DNA of 64,000 bases from Gammaproteobacteria bacterium (GTDB lineage Bacteria > Pseudomonadota > Gammaproteobacteria > Eutrophobiales > Eutrophobiaceae), in the NCBI GenBank assembly GCA_965221695.1, contig OZ244905.1, forward strand, positions 1,312,001 through 1,376,000. Direction: 5' to 3'. The position numbers and the translations under genes are program-made. Below, in pieces: positions 27,384 to 36,957 of the stretch; position 1 is the stretch's first letter; the number at the start of each line of letters is the position of its first letter. The notes beneath the pieces were generated by a model. That model saw only the letters and a program-made list of their open reading frames with translations, did no database searches and was not told the DNA's origin.

Positions 27384-29756
27384 ATGGAGGTCGTTGTGAA
27401 TAATAAGTATCTCTTAGCGGTTTTACCAGGTTTCTTGATTTCGTTGTTTTCCACCATGGCCGCCGCTCAGGTTGTGCTGGAAGAAGTAGTAGTCACTGCC
27501 CAGAAGCGCGAACAATCCATACAGGATGTGCCGATTTCGATTACGGCCATCAGTGGGGATGATTTGCAAAATAATATTGTGCAGGATATCTACGACCTGC
27601 GCGCGACGGTTCCGGCGCTGGAAGTCAGGGGCGTCGACCCACCCAGCCAGGGCGCGGCGTTTGCCATCAGGGGATTGGGTTCTTCTGTATTTAACATGGG
27701 GTTCGAGCCCACTGTCGGTACTTTTATCGATGGTGTGTATGTCAGCCGCTCCGGACTGGTGGCAAGCAGTGACCTGCTTGACCTGGACCGGGTCGAAATA
27801 TTAAAAGGCCCGCAAGGCACCCTGTTCGGCAAGAACACCACCGGCGGCGTTATCCATTTCATCACGAATAAACCCTCGTTCGATGAAGTGGATGGCTTTG
27901 CTGAAGTCACCTACCAGGAATATGATCAGGTCAGGGTCAGAGGCGTATTAAACGTCCCTGTCCAGGATAACTTCGCGGCCCGCATCGCCGCTTCCTGGCA
28001 TAACGGAGATGGCTATCTCGATAATGCAAACGGTGACGATCTCAATGATCGGGACCGGTTCACGCTGCGCGGCCAACTCCTGTGGGAACCGAATGATGAT
28101 TTGAACATCCGGGTTATTGTCGATTACAGCGAAGTGGACGAAAACTGTTGCTGGCCGGTAAGGAATACCAATAACCCGCTCAACCCTGTCGTGAACGCGC
28201 CGCTGGCGGCGGCGATCGGCGCCAGTATCATTGACCCCCCTGACGTGGACGGCCTGCGTGTGGCCGCCAACGGCGACCTGGTTTATGATGCCGAAGATTT
28301 CGGCATATCAGGCGAAATCAACTGGAAGCTCGGTGGTATCACCCTGACATCCATCACCGCTTACCGGGATTACCAGGATGTGAACACCAAGGACAATGAC
28401 TTCACCGGCGTGGACATGCTGATCAATACGGATACCCTGCCGGAGGTGAGCATCGTCTCGGAAGAATTCCGTATTGCCGGAGTGAGTGAGGATGTCGGCT
28501 TCGCCCGGTCGCTTGATTGGGTGGTCGGCTTTTATTATGCCAACGAGCAGGTCAAACGAACCAGGGAATTTGTCTGGGGTTCGCAAATCACCTCTTTTCC
28601 ATTCTTCTTTCCCGGTTTGTTCGGCAACGTGCCCGGACGCGCATTCTTCGATGAATTCAGCCAGGATGTGGACACCGTGGCCGGTTTCGGTCACATAACT
28701 ATCGATATCAACGATAAACTCTCCCTGACCGGCGGTGTCCGTTATACCGATGATGACAAGAACGCCAGCCACAGGGGCGTGACAGGCAATGCGGCAGCGC
28801 CTTTCAATAATTTTCCGCTTGCCGTGGTGCATGATTTCGATGCCGAACGTAATGACAGCGAGGCAACGGGGACCGCCAGTATCCAATACAGGGCCACAGA
28901 CAATGTGATGGGATTTTTCACCTACAGTCGGGGCTATAAATCTGGCGGCATCAGCCTGAACAGGGACGCTGCGGGCAATGCCGTGACCTTGGGCGACCCG
29001 GTACTGGGATGCCCACCGGGCGGGACCTTGGTTCCCCCCGTATGTCTTTTCCCACCAGGCGACCCGACATTCGACCCTGAATATGCCGATCATTATGAGA
29101 TAGGTTTAAAAAGCATTTTGTTTGACGGCCGTATGCGGTTGAATGCTTCTATCTGGAAAACGGATTTTGAAGGGCTGCAACTCCAGACGTTAAGAACGGA
29201 TGGTTCCTTCCAGGTCATTAATGTGGCCGGCGCAACCTCGCAAGGCATCGAGTTGGATGTAAACCTGGCTGTAAGTCAGAATCTTGATGTTTATGCCGCG
29301 GTTCAATTCCTGGACGCGGATTTTGATGATGGCGTACCGGCGCTGTCACCGGGGTTGCCCGCGATGGGCGGTCAGGATATACCTTATTCGTCTGATATTA
29401 CCGGCAATCTTGGCGCCAATTTCAACCTGCCGCTGGGCGATACCGGTATGCGCTTGTTCCTGAACGGCAACCTGTTTTTCCGGTCCGAATACTTTTCCTT
29501 TACGGAACCGGATCCCGCCCGTGTCCAGGAAGCGTATGAGTTGCTGAGCCTGCGTGGCGGTGTCAGCGCTGACAGCGGCAAATGGGAACTCGCCGTGTGG
29601 TGCCGCAATTGTACCGATGAACGGTACAAATACAGCGACTTCGCGATCCCATTTGATGGTTCGATACTGGCGTTCCCCGGCGCTCCCTTAGGCACACTCT
29701 GGTCACATTATGGCGCGCCGAGATTTGTTGGCGTAACTGGTACTTTCCGCTTCTGA
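27384..29756 (+). CDS. TonB-dependent receptor
   Basis: EEVVVTAQKRE, RVEILKGPQGTLFGKN, C-terminal Phe; start may be GTG 27396. Confidence 0.92.
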   Translation: MEVVVNNKYLLAVLPGFLISLFSTMAAAQVVLEEVVVTAQKREQSIQDVPISITAISGDDLQNNIVQDIYDLRATVPALEVRGVDPPSQGAAFAIRGLGSSVFNMGFEPTVGTFIDGVYVSRSGLVASSDLLDLDRVEILKGPQGTLFGKNTTGGVIHFITNKPSFDEVDGFAEVTYQEYDQVRVRGVLNVPVQDNFAARIAASWHNGDGYLDNANGDDLNDRDRFTLRGQLLWEPNDDLNIRVIVDYSEVDENCCWPVRNTNNPLNPVVNAPLAAAIGASIIDPPDVDGLRVAANGDLVYDAEDFGISGEINWKLGGITLTSITAYRDYQDVNTKDNDFTGVDMLINTDTLPEVSIVSEEFRIAGVSEDVGFARSLDWVVGFYYANEQVKRTREFVWGSQITSFPFFFPGLFGNVPGRAFFDEFSQDVDTVAGFGHITIDINDKLSLTGGVRYTDDDKNASHRGVTGNAAAPFNNFPLAVVHDFDAERNDSEATGTASIQYRATDNVMGFFTYSRGYKSGGISLNRDAAGNAVTLGDPVLGCPPGGTLVPPVCLFPPGDPTFDPEYADHYEIGLKSILFDGRMRLNASIWKTDFEGLQLQTLRTDGSFQVINVAGATSQGIELDVNLAVSQNLDVYAAVQFLDADFDDGVPALSPGLPAMGGQDIPYSSDITGNLGANFNLPLGDTGMRLFLNGNLFFRSEYFSFTEPDPARVQEAYELLSLRGGVSADSGKWELAVWCRNCTDERYKYSDFAIPFDGSILAFPGAPLGTLWSHYGAPRFVGVTGTFRF

Positions 29757-29760
29757 TTAC

Positions 29761-29797
29761 TGACCCGGATTTCTTATCGGCTGAGAAATCCGGGCTA
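29761..29797. repeat. hairpin resembling a minimal F2 element; may act as a terminator
   Basis: TGACCCGGATTTCTTATCGGCTGAGAAATCCGGGCTA; its arm TAGCCCGGATTTCTCA differs at 2 of 16 positions from the F2 end. Confidence 0.6.
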
Positions 29798-29924
29798 AGG
29801 TTCTGGGTTCTGGAACACTCTGAGCACGCCAGGTGTTTCATTGCGCTATGAAGAATATTGACAAATATCTTCATGATGCGATACTGGCGGCAGGTTTTTC
29901 TATAGATACTTCGGAGCCAGATCA

Positions 29925-30188
29925 ATGCCTGCATCACTCAATTTATCGCTAACCGATGAACTCAAGGAGTTCGTTGAAAAACAGTCTGGCGATGGGACTC
30001 TTTTTGCTACATCCAGCGAATTTGTGCGCTCACTGATACGGGAAAGGAAAGAAAAAATAGAAGCGGCTACTTTACGCGAATCGATCCTCCACGGCTATCA
30101 GGACATAATAGAAGGGCGTACCAGCGAATACAAAGGCAACATCGCTGAGGTAATCAGACAGGTAAAGGAACGCACTGTAACGGGTTAA
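29925..30188 (+). CDS. parD: ParD-like RHH antitoxin
   Basis: SLNLSLTDELKEFVE...SSEFVRSLIRE; upstream of a ParE toxin. Confidence 0.82.
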   Translation: MPASLNLSLTDELKEFVEKQSGDGTLFATSSEFVRSLIRERKEKIEAATLRESILHGYQDIIEGRTSEYKGNIAEVIRQVKERTVTG

Positions 30189-30373
30189 CCCGAGTATCTC
30201 ACCAATTGATGCGATGATCGCTGAGGATTTTTTGACGCGCCCCATCCTTGGGGCGCTTCCTGAACGTATCAAGCGTAGTGTGTGATGGCAACATAGTCAA
30301 CAGATTACCATAACTCATTGACAGCAAACATTTATCCGATCGTAACAAGCGAATTGGTGGGATATTCGGGTTC
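30186..30373 (+). mobile_element. F2 MITE-like element (188 bp) between parD and parE
   Basis: AACCCGAGTATCTCACCAATT...AATTGGTGGGATATTCGGGTT inverted ends; internal GCGCCCCATCCTTGGGGCGC hairpin. Confidence 0.85.
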
Positions 30374-30727
30374 ATGGTAACTTTACACATTACTGATAGA
30401 GCAGCGCTTGAAATCGAACAGGTTCAAGAATATACAAAACAACAATGGGGACAAGACCAGGCTGACAAATATATTGCGGATATAGACAGAATCCTGCAAA
30501 TGTTACAGGAATACCCTGATCTTTTGCAGACAAAGACTCAAATATCCCAATACTTGAAATTCTATGCCACCGGCAAACATATCCTGGTTTTTGAGAAAAT
30601 AAACGACGAAATTTATCTTATAACGGTTAAACACACGGCAATGGATTTAGACAGCCGGATGCCTGAGCTTGAACCCGTTCTTAAAGAGGAAGTGCGGGCG
30701 TTGCGCGCAAGATTACTCAAATTATGA
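30374..30727 (+). CDS. parE: ParE/RelE-family toxin
   Basis: ITDRAALEIEQVQEYTKQQWGQDQADKYI...HTAMD. Confidence 0.82.
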   Translation: MVTLHITDRAALEIEQVQEYTKQQWGQDQADKYIADIDRILQMLQEYPDLLQTKTQISQYLKFYATGKHILVFEKINDEIYLITVKHTAMDLDSRMPELEPVLKEEVRALRARLLKL

Positions 30728-30737
30728 CTCTTTCAAC

Positions 30738-30894
30738 TAAGGAAACTCTGAACAAGTCCATCCTGGACTTGTCAGAGCACGGAAAACAAAAATGCGATTT
30801 TTGTTTTCCTCACAAAATCAATGCCTTACAGTCATTGATTTTGACGATACATCCTTGTATCGTAGGAACCTCTGACTTAATCAGAGGTTCCCTA
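30738..30894 (+). mobile_element. F1 element, medium form (157 bp)
   Basis: TAAGGAAACTCTGA...TCAGAGGTTCCCTA; lacks the 72-bp central module. Confidence 0.9.
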
Positions 30895-30929
30895 AATTGG
30901 CTTGTTCAGTGGGTCGGGAAACGGATTTA

Positions 30930-31233
30930 ATGGCGTTGCAAAAGGATGAGATTCGCCGCTTATTGGAGCCTCTCAATGATGAACTGGCCTGTGCCGGTAC
31001 TACCGGAGAGTTGTACCTGATGGGTGGCGCCGTTATGTGCCTGGCATATAATGCGCGTCCATCAATCCAGGTCCTTGGATGAGGCTGATGTGCGGTTCCT
31101 GCCCCGTTATCTGAATATTGCGAATTACCGAAAAGCATTGGACATCATCTGCCAATATTACCCTTTGGAGCGATTTCCGCAAAAGACACTGTACGCATTG
31201 GAAGAAATGGTAAATGATTTAGTTCCGGATTAG
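30930..31233 (+). pseudogene. internally deleted, frameshifted nucleotidyltransferase-like gene (DUF6036 type)
   Basis: N-part ELYLMGGAVMCLAYNARPS and C-part DEADVRFL...YYPLERFPQKTLYALEE lie in different frames; the expected DxD segment is absent. Confidence 0.7.
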
Positions 31234-31294
31234 TGGGTTGTCCTGGGTTACTGAAGAATTATTACCTCAAATCAAAACCGGAGGTTAACTGAAG

Positions 31295-31771
31295 ATGCAC
31301 ACCGACAAACAATACACCGACCGATTTGCCCGGGAAGTCATCGACCTGCACATCTTTTTTGAAGACTGGTTCGGCGGCTACTGCGAGAACAACGAGCAGG
31401 TTTTTGCGAAGCGCCTGCTGGACCGGATGCACGGTGATTTCAACATCATCCTGCCCGGAGGTATGATGATTTATGGCGCCGATTTCTGGCCGGAGTTCAG
31501 GAAATTGTACGGCAGCAACCCGGATTTTCATATAAGTATACGCGCCATCCAACAGCAGCCGCTGGCTGGTGATTCGGTGTATCTCGTCAACTACCAGGAG
31601 TGGCAGAGAAACGCCAGACAGTCAACTCCCCAGAACAACGGGCGGTTGTCCACGGCTGTCTTTGTTGAAGACAAGGATGCGCCCAACGGCATCAAGTGGT
31701 TCCACGTACATGAAACATGGCTGCCGGACGCCGTTATGGCTGCGGAAGCGTACAACTGGGAGCATAGCTAA
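31295..31771 (+). CDS. SnoaL/NTF2-like hypothetical protein
   Basis: REVIDLHIFFEDWF...RLSTAVF...WFHVHETW; GGAGG RBS. Confidence 0.75.
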   Translation: MHTDKQYTDRFAREVIDLHIFFEDWFGGYCENNEQVFAKRLLDRMHGDFNIILPGGMMIYGADFWPEFRKLYGSNPDFHISIRAIQQQPLAGDSVYLVNYQEWQRNARQSTPQNNGRLSTAVFVEDKDAPNGIKWFHVHETWLPDAVMAAEAYNWEHS

Positions 31772-31823
31772 GGGAAAAAGTCTACGACCGCTTGGGCTCC
31801 ATGTCGGTAGCCTTCAACATGCT

Positions 31824-33167
31824 CTATGACCCGGATGAGAGCGCAACCCGCTTCCTGGCCAGCCAGCGTCGTATAACGCCGTGCCGGTGTTTGTCGATGG
31901 GGTAGTTATACAGCATGACGGCCCCAGCGAAACCTATGATGGCGGGAAGGAACAGCGCAACGAACGTAAGACCTTGCACGGCCTGTGCGTCATTCTCTGC
32001 CGCCGGTTGAAATCCCAGATAACCAAGCAGCGGCAGGGCGATGCCGACACCGCCCGCAAATGCGACTTTCACCATAAAATTATAAATTGCCATATATATT
32101 GCCGCGTCATCACTACCCCCTTTCATCATTCCATATTCAATCGTGTCCGCAACCAAAGCCGGCGGCATCACCCAGATCACTGAGATAACCGGTCCATGTA
32201 CGAGGGCAACCAATAGTAACTGTGAGAAGTCACCCGGGGTTATCAGCAGATACAGGGGTTGGACTGCCAGGTAGCCAAAACCTCCCCAGATCAGAGCGCG
32301 ATGGCGGCCAAAGCGGTTACCGAACCTCACCCATAACGGCAGGCAAACAATACCGATCACATATTGTATGAGCACGAATTTTAAAAAAGCCGCTCGTGGC
32401 ATCTGCAATATATGTTCAAACGTGAATATAAGCGATGCATTCATCACACTACCGCCCAGCCAGAGAAAAAAGACAGCAATAACCAGACGAAGATACGGCT
32501 TATTTCCCGACAAGAGTCTCAGAGCAGACATCAAACCGTGTTTCCCGGATTCAACAAACGGGGTTTTCGGCGTGATTGTCGTTGCGATTGACATCGCAAA
32601 GGGAATTAACACCAACAGGAATGCAACGTATACCCATAATATATCCCGCAACGCCGGATTTTCCTCCCTCAGAAAAAGCACGGGAAGCAGTGTCGCCAGG
32701 ATGATCCCTATCATAGTGCCCGTCTCGCGGTATCCGTTGATGCGGGTTCGCGCCGTATAATCCCGCGACAATTCAGCGCCCCAGGATAAATAGGGTATCT
32801 GCACGGTAGTCCAGGCGACATAAAATACAAGCGCTACGACGAACAGGTAAGCTTTGTCGACGGCAAAGGGCGGGCTAAGAAACAGGCACACGCTGATCAT
32901 CAGCAAGGGCGACCCAATGACGATCCAGGGTTTGCGACGTCCCCAGGGACCGCGGGTTTGATCGGAAAAATGGCCGATAAGAGGATCTGTTATCGCGTCC
33001 CAGGCGCGGGCAATGAAGAAAATACCGCCTACTGCGGCCAGTTCCAGCCCGAGCTCTGAAGCATAAAATGGTGGAACATAGATGATCAACGGCATACCCA
33101 GCATGGCTAACGGAACAGCCGGCAGCGCATAAGCCAACAAGGAAATTTTATCGGTAGGCGCTCTCAT
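31824..33167 (-). CDS. MFS transporter (GPH/MelB-like)
   Basis: WDAITDPLIGHFSD, GRRKPW, IPYLSWGAEL. Confidence 0.9.
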   Translation of the reverse strand: MRAPTDKISLLAYALPAVPLAMLGMPLIIYVPPFYASELGLELAAVGGIFFIARAWDAITDPLIGHFSDQTRGPWGRRKPWIVIGSPLLMISVCLFLSPPFAVDKAYLFVVALVFYVAWTTVQIPYLSWGAELSRDYTARTRINGYRETGTMIGIILATLLPVLFLREENPALRDILWVYVAFLLVLIPFAMSIATTITPKTPFVESGKHGLMSALRLLSGNKPYLRLVIAVFFLWLGGSVMNASLIFTFEHILQMPRAAFLKFVLIQYVIGIVCLPLWVRFGNRFGRHRALIWGGFGYLAVQPLYLLITPGDFSQLLLVALVHGPVISVIWVMPPALVADTIEYGMMKGGSDDAAIYMAIYNFMVKVAFAGGVGIALPLLGYLGFQPAAENDAQAVQGLTFVALFLPAIIGFAGAVMLYNYPIDKHRHGVIRRWLARKRVALSSGS

Positions 33168-33223
33168 CAGAACCGGTGGCCGGCATTGCGCAGCAGTGCA
33201 TTAAAGTATTTCACGGAACCGGC

Positions 33224-34840
33224 TTATTTCGATATTGCAGAACGCACGAGATCAGAACCCTTCTCACCGATCATGATCACTGTGGCATTGGTGTTGCCGG
33301 TCACCAGGGTCGGCATGATGGACGCATCGATAACCCATAACCCGTCAACGCCCTTGACCTTTAAATTCTGGTCGACCACAGCTTCCGAGTCATTTCCCAT
33401 CTTGCAGGTCCCGACCGGGTGGTACATGGGAAAAGCGCTGTCTTTGACAAACTCCCTGAGCTGATTGCTTGCAAACACCTCTTCATCGGGATGCCGCCAA
33501 CGCGCCAGTTGTTTGCTGAAAGACGGCTGTTCCGTGATTTTCCTGGCTAACAGACAGGCCTCAACAAGTTGATCAATATCATCTTCAGAACTCAGCATAG
33601 GATAATGAATCCGGGGCGGATCCAATGGGTCGCGTGAGCGCACACTGATGTCGCCCCTGCTCTGTGTCCGCATCAGGCCAACAGCGCCGCCTGCAATCTT
33701 TTCCTTGCTGAGCGCGGCGCTGTTATTGCTGATCTGTATATGAAACGGCGCCATGGTAACCTGAATATTGGGCGTCCTGAATTTCTCCCGAGTGCGGACG
33801 AATGCCTGGGCATGGGCAATCGGCGTGGTCAGTAACCCCTTCCCGTTAGCCAGGAACCGGAACAACTGTGCCAGGTTATGCGCGGGACCTGCCCGGCTTC
33901 CCAGTGTCTCACCGTTGACATCAAACGAATAACGAATTCCCGTGTGTTCCTGCAGGTTTTTGCCGACTCCCGGCGCATGCGCGATAGTGGGGATACCTGC
34001 CCTGTTGAGTATCAGCCCGTCCCCGATGCCGGAGAGTTGCAGAAGTTTTGGTGTGGCAATGGCGCCGGCGCTCATAATCACGGCGGCGCGTGCGTATGCC
34101 GTATCGGACGTGGTATTGCCAACTGCGCCAGCGCGGGTAAATTCGATGCCTCCGGCCCTGTTGCCGTTAAACAGAACCCTGGTAACGAGGGTATTGAGGC
34201 GGATATGCAGGTTGCTCCGCTTGCGCACAGGCCAGAGATATGCCTGGGCGGCAGATTCGCGCCAACCCTTACGCTGGGCCACCTGGACGAAGTCCACGCC
34301 CTCATGGTTTGCTCCGTTCAGGTCGTGACTCCTGGGTATGCCGGCTTCCTGGGCGGCCCTGATCCATGCATGGGTCAGCACACTGTCAACGTTTAAATCT
34401 TCCACCGAGTGAGGTCCTTTCTCACCCCGCCATTCATCCCCGCCACGCCGGTTACATTCCAGGCGTTTGAAATACGGTAAAACCGACGCGTAATCCCAGC
34501 CTTCACAGCCCAGCTCAGCCCAGCGATCATAATCATCAGGATGCCCGCGCACGAACATCATACCGTTGATGGCGCTGCCTCCGCCCAGGCAACGCCCGCT
34601 CCACCAACTATCCACCTTCCCTGCCCGGGTCGGGTCCGGTTCGACCGCATACATCCAGTTAAGTCGGGAGTTGAAGACAGCGGCGCCGCTGGCCGCGGGA
34701 ATCCTGCTGTATGGGCGCTTGTCACTCCCCCCTGCTTCCACCAGCAGAACGGTCAGTGACGGATCTTCGGACAAACGACCTGCTGCCACACAACCGGCCG
34801 GACCGCCGCCGACCACGATTACATCATATTCACTGATCAC
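33224..34840 (-). CDS. GMC oxidoreductase (choline dehydrogenase-like)
   Basis: YDVIVVGGGPAG, LGGGSAINGM, HPVGTCKMG, GNTNA; GTG start 34840. Confidence 0.92.
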   Translation of the reverse strand: MISEYDVIVVGGGPAGCVAAGRLSEDPSLTVLLVEAGGSDKRPYSRIPAASGAAVFNSRLNWMYAVEPDPTRAGKVDSWWSGRCLGGGSAINGMMFVRGHPDDYDRWAELGCEGWDYASVLPYFKRLECNRRGGDEWRGEKGPHSVEDLNVDSVLTHAWIRAAQEAGIPRSHDLNGANHEGVDFVQVAQRKGWRESAAQAYLWPVRKRSNLHIRLNTLVTRVLFNGNRAGGIEFTRAGAVGNTTSDTAYARAAVIMSAGAIATPKLLQLSGIGDGLILNRAGIPTIAHAPGVGKNLQEHTGIRYSFDVNGETLGSRAGPAHNLAQLFRFLANGKGLLTTPIAHAQAFVRTREKFRTPNIQVTMAPFHIQISNNSAALSKEKIAGGAVGLMRTQSRGDISVRSRDPLDPPRIHYPMLSSEDDIDQLVEACLLARKITEQPSFSKQLARWRHPDEEVFASNQLREFVKDSAFPMYHPVGTCKMGNDSEAVVDQNLKVKGVDGLWVIDASIMPTLVTGNTNATVIMIGEKGSDLVRSAISK

Positions 34841-34907
34841 GCCACCTCTTCGCCTGGTTGGAAAAAGAAAATCGCAGGATAGCGCCTGAACCGGCCATTC
34901 ATTTTGG

Positions 34908-35396
34908 TCATGGCGAATTGCTATTGCCCATATCCAGAATGACCTTCCATGAGCCGTCGTTTTGACGTTCCCACAATAATACATATTTGCCTTGCCGTGG
35001 TTCCGTCTGGATGTCAGCGCCCCCGTCCTTGTGAATAAAACTGGCCGTAAAATTGCCGCGGGTAAGCGCCCAGTCTCCTTCCCTGGTAACAGAGTCGACG
35101 GTCACGTCCAATTGCTCAATGTCGAAACTACTGTGCACGACCTCTGCAAACTGGCGAATCGCCTGCTTGCCTTCCAGCGCAGGCAATGTGTTATGCATAC
35201 CGACCGCGCCATCGGCAAAAATTTCCATCCAGTGTTCAGTGTCGCCCGTTTTATACGGCTCGATATAACCGCTGATCACCAACTGCTCGAAATCCTGCGA
35301 GGTCATTTCATCCGCTGGCTGCCTCTCATAGTCGGCACAGCCGCTGACGGGAACCAGAAGTACCGTTAGCAGGAGCATAATGGCACAGTTATTCAT
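34908..35396 (-). CDS. exported SnoaL/DUF4440 (NTF2-like) protein
   Basis: Lipobox-like VSGC; GKYVLLWERQNDGSWKV. Confidence 0.8.
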   Translation of the reverse strand: MNNCAIMLLLTVLLVPVSGCADYERQPADEMTSQDFEQLVISGYIEPYKTGDTEHWMEIFADGAVGMHNTLPALEGKQAIRQFAEVVHSSFDIEQLDVTVDSVTREGDWALTRGNFTASFIHKDGGADIQTEPRQGKYVLLWERQNDGSWKVILDMGNSNSP

Positions 35397-36940
35397 AAGC
35401 GCGCTCCGGGGTCAGTTGCCATATTTTTCAGGTATTCATTTCTTATACGTTGCTTCTTTATCTTGCCGGAATCCTCACGCGGCAGCCGGTCAACGAATAC
35501 ACAGTCTCTCGGAAGCTTGAAGTTCGCCAGCCTGGTCTTCAGGTAAGCCAAGACATCGGCGCCGGTTAACAGTCCTTTTTTCTCAATGACTGCAACAAGC
35601 TTTTCACCGTACTCCGGATCCGGGATACCGAATACGACACAATCGATAACGCTGTCCATGGCGAGCAGCTCCGTCTCAATTTCCGCCGGATAGATATTGA
35701 CACCCCCTGATATCACCATATCAGATTGACGGGAGGAAACATATAGAAAACCTGCCTCGTCCTGGTAACCGATATCCCCGGTGACCAGAAAGCCGTTTTG
35801 ATGCAAGTCCTTAACCTGCTCCTCTGCGTTAAGATAAGCAATACAGTGGATGCCCTCATGTCTGACACAGATCATTCCCTCCTCAAAGGGGCCACACCTC
35901 TTTCCTTTCTCATTGCGAATTTCAATCTCTACCCCAGGCGCCGGACGCCCGACAGTTCCTGCGCATTCCAGCCATTCAGCAGAGCTGCAGCAGGTGATTA
36001 TGCCTGTTTCCGTCATGGCGTAGTATTCATAAATCACGTTCCCCCACCAATCGATCATGCTTCTTTTAACATTCACGGGACATGGCGCTGCGCCGTGGGT
36101 GACATGGATTAAAGAATCCAGCCGGTATTTGCTGCGGATATCATCCGGCAAATCCAGCAATCTGACAAACATGGTGGGCACCAAGTGCAGGTGGGTTATT
36201 TCATAATGTTCAATCAATGACAGCAGGTCTTCGGCGCTAAAACGCGCCGTCAGGACAAGCAATCCACCGGACTGCAGGACCATATTACCGTACCCGTTCG
36301 GAGCGGAGTGGTACAGGGGTCCCGTCATCACAGAACGAATCGGGGTTCGATCGAAACCCCACGCAAACCTTGTTCTTGCGCTTACTTTAGCGCCGATTTC
36401 AGGGGTTACGTTTTTGCGCAGGACAGCTTTTGGCCTGCCACTGCTGCCCGAGGTATAAAACAAGGGAGGCCTGAATCTTTTTTCCGTGCCTGTAACCTCC
36501 TGGCTCTTTTCTATCCAGTCATCCCAATCCAGGAAACCCGGCTCCCTATGATCCCTGTCTCCCAAAATTCCGTAACTGTCCAGGATCCCGGCTGGCGTGG
36601 TTACCACAATCACTGGAACATGTCGTATTACTCCTGCTAACTCTCCGGTCAGAAGGTCGGAATGAACGATGACGACCTTTGCCTTGCAGTCGGTCAGGAT
36701 GAAATCAACCTCGGCCGGCTTTAAATGCCAGTTCACCGGAACTGCATCAAACCCAAGATAGTGCGCTGCCTCATGGATAATAAAATAAGGGATATCATTG
36801 CGCAGGATAACGGCCACGCTGTCATTCTCAAGAACTCCCAGGCGCCGCAAGCCGCCGGCAGCGCGCCTTGCTGCTGCATCAATGCCACTGAATGGGCAGG
36901 ACTGCCTGTCAAATGCAAGGATGCTCTGTTCTGCTTCCAC
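35393..36940 (-). CDS. AMP-dependent acyl-CoA synthetase
   Basis: YTSGSSGRPK, PLYHSAP, YAMTE, ISGGVNIYPAEIE. Confidence 0.9.
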   Translation of the reverse strand: MEAEQSILAFDRQSCPFSGIDAAARRAAGGLRRLGVLENDSVAVILRNDIPYFIIHEAAHYLGFDAVPVNWHLKPAEVDFILTDCKAKVVIVHSDLLTGELAGVIRHVPVIVVTTPAGILDSYGILGDRDHREPGFLDWDDWIEKSQEVTGTEKRFRPPLFYTSGSSGRPKAVLRKNVTPEIGAKVSARTRFAWGFDRTPIRSVMTGPLYHSAPNGYGNMVLQSGGLLVLTARFSAEDLLSLIEHYEITHLHLVPTMFVRLLDLPDDIRSKYRLDSLIHVTHGAAPCPVNVKRSMIDWWGNVIYEYYAMTETGIITCCSSAEWLECAGTVGRPAPGVEIEIRNEKGKRCGPFEEGMICVRHEGIHCIAYLNAEEQVKDLHQNGFLVTGDIGYQDEAGFLYVSSRQSDMVISGGVNIYPAEIETELLAMDSVIDCVVFGIPDPEYGEKLVAVIEKKGLLTGADVLAYLKTRLANFKLPRDCVFVDRLPREDSGKIKKQRIRNEYLKNMATDPGARL

Positions 36941-36957
36941 TTCGGTGGGAATGCGCG

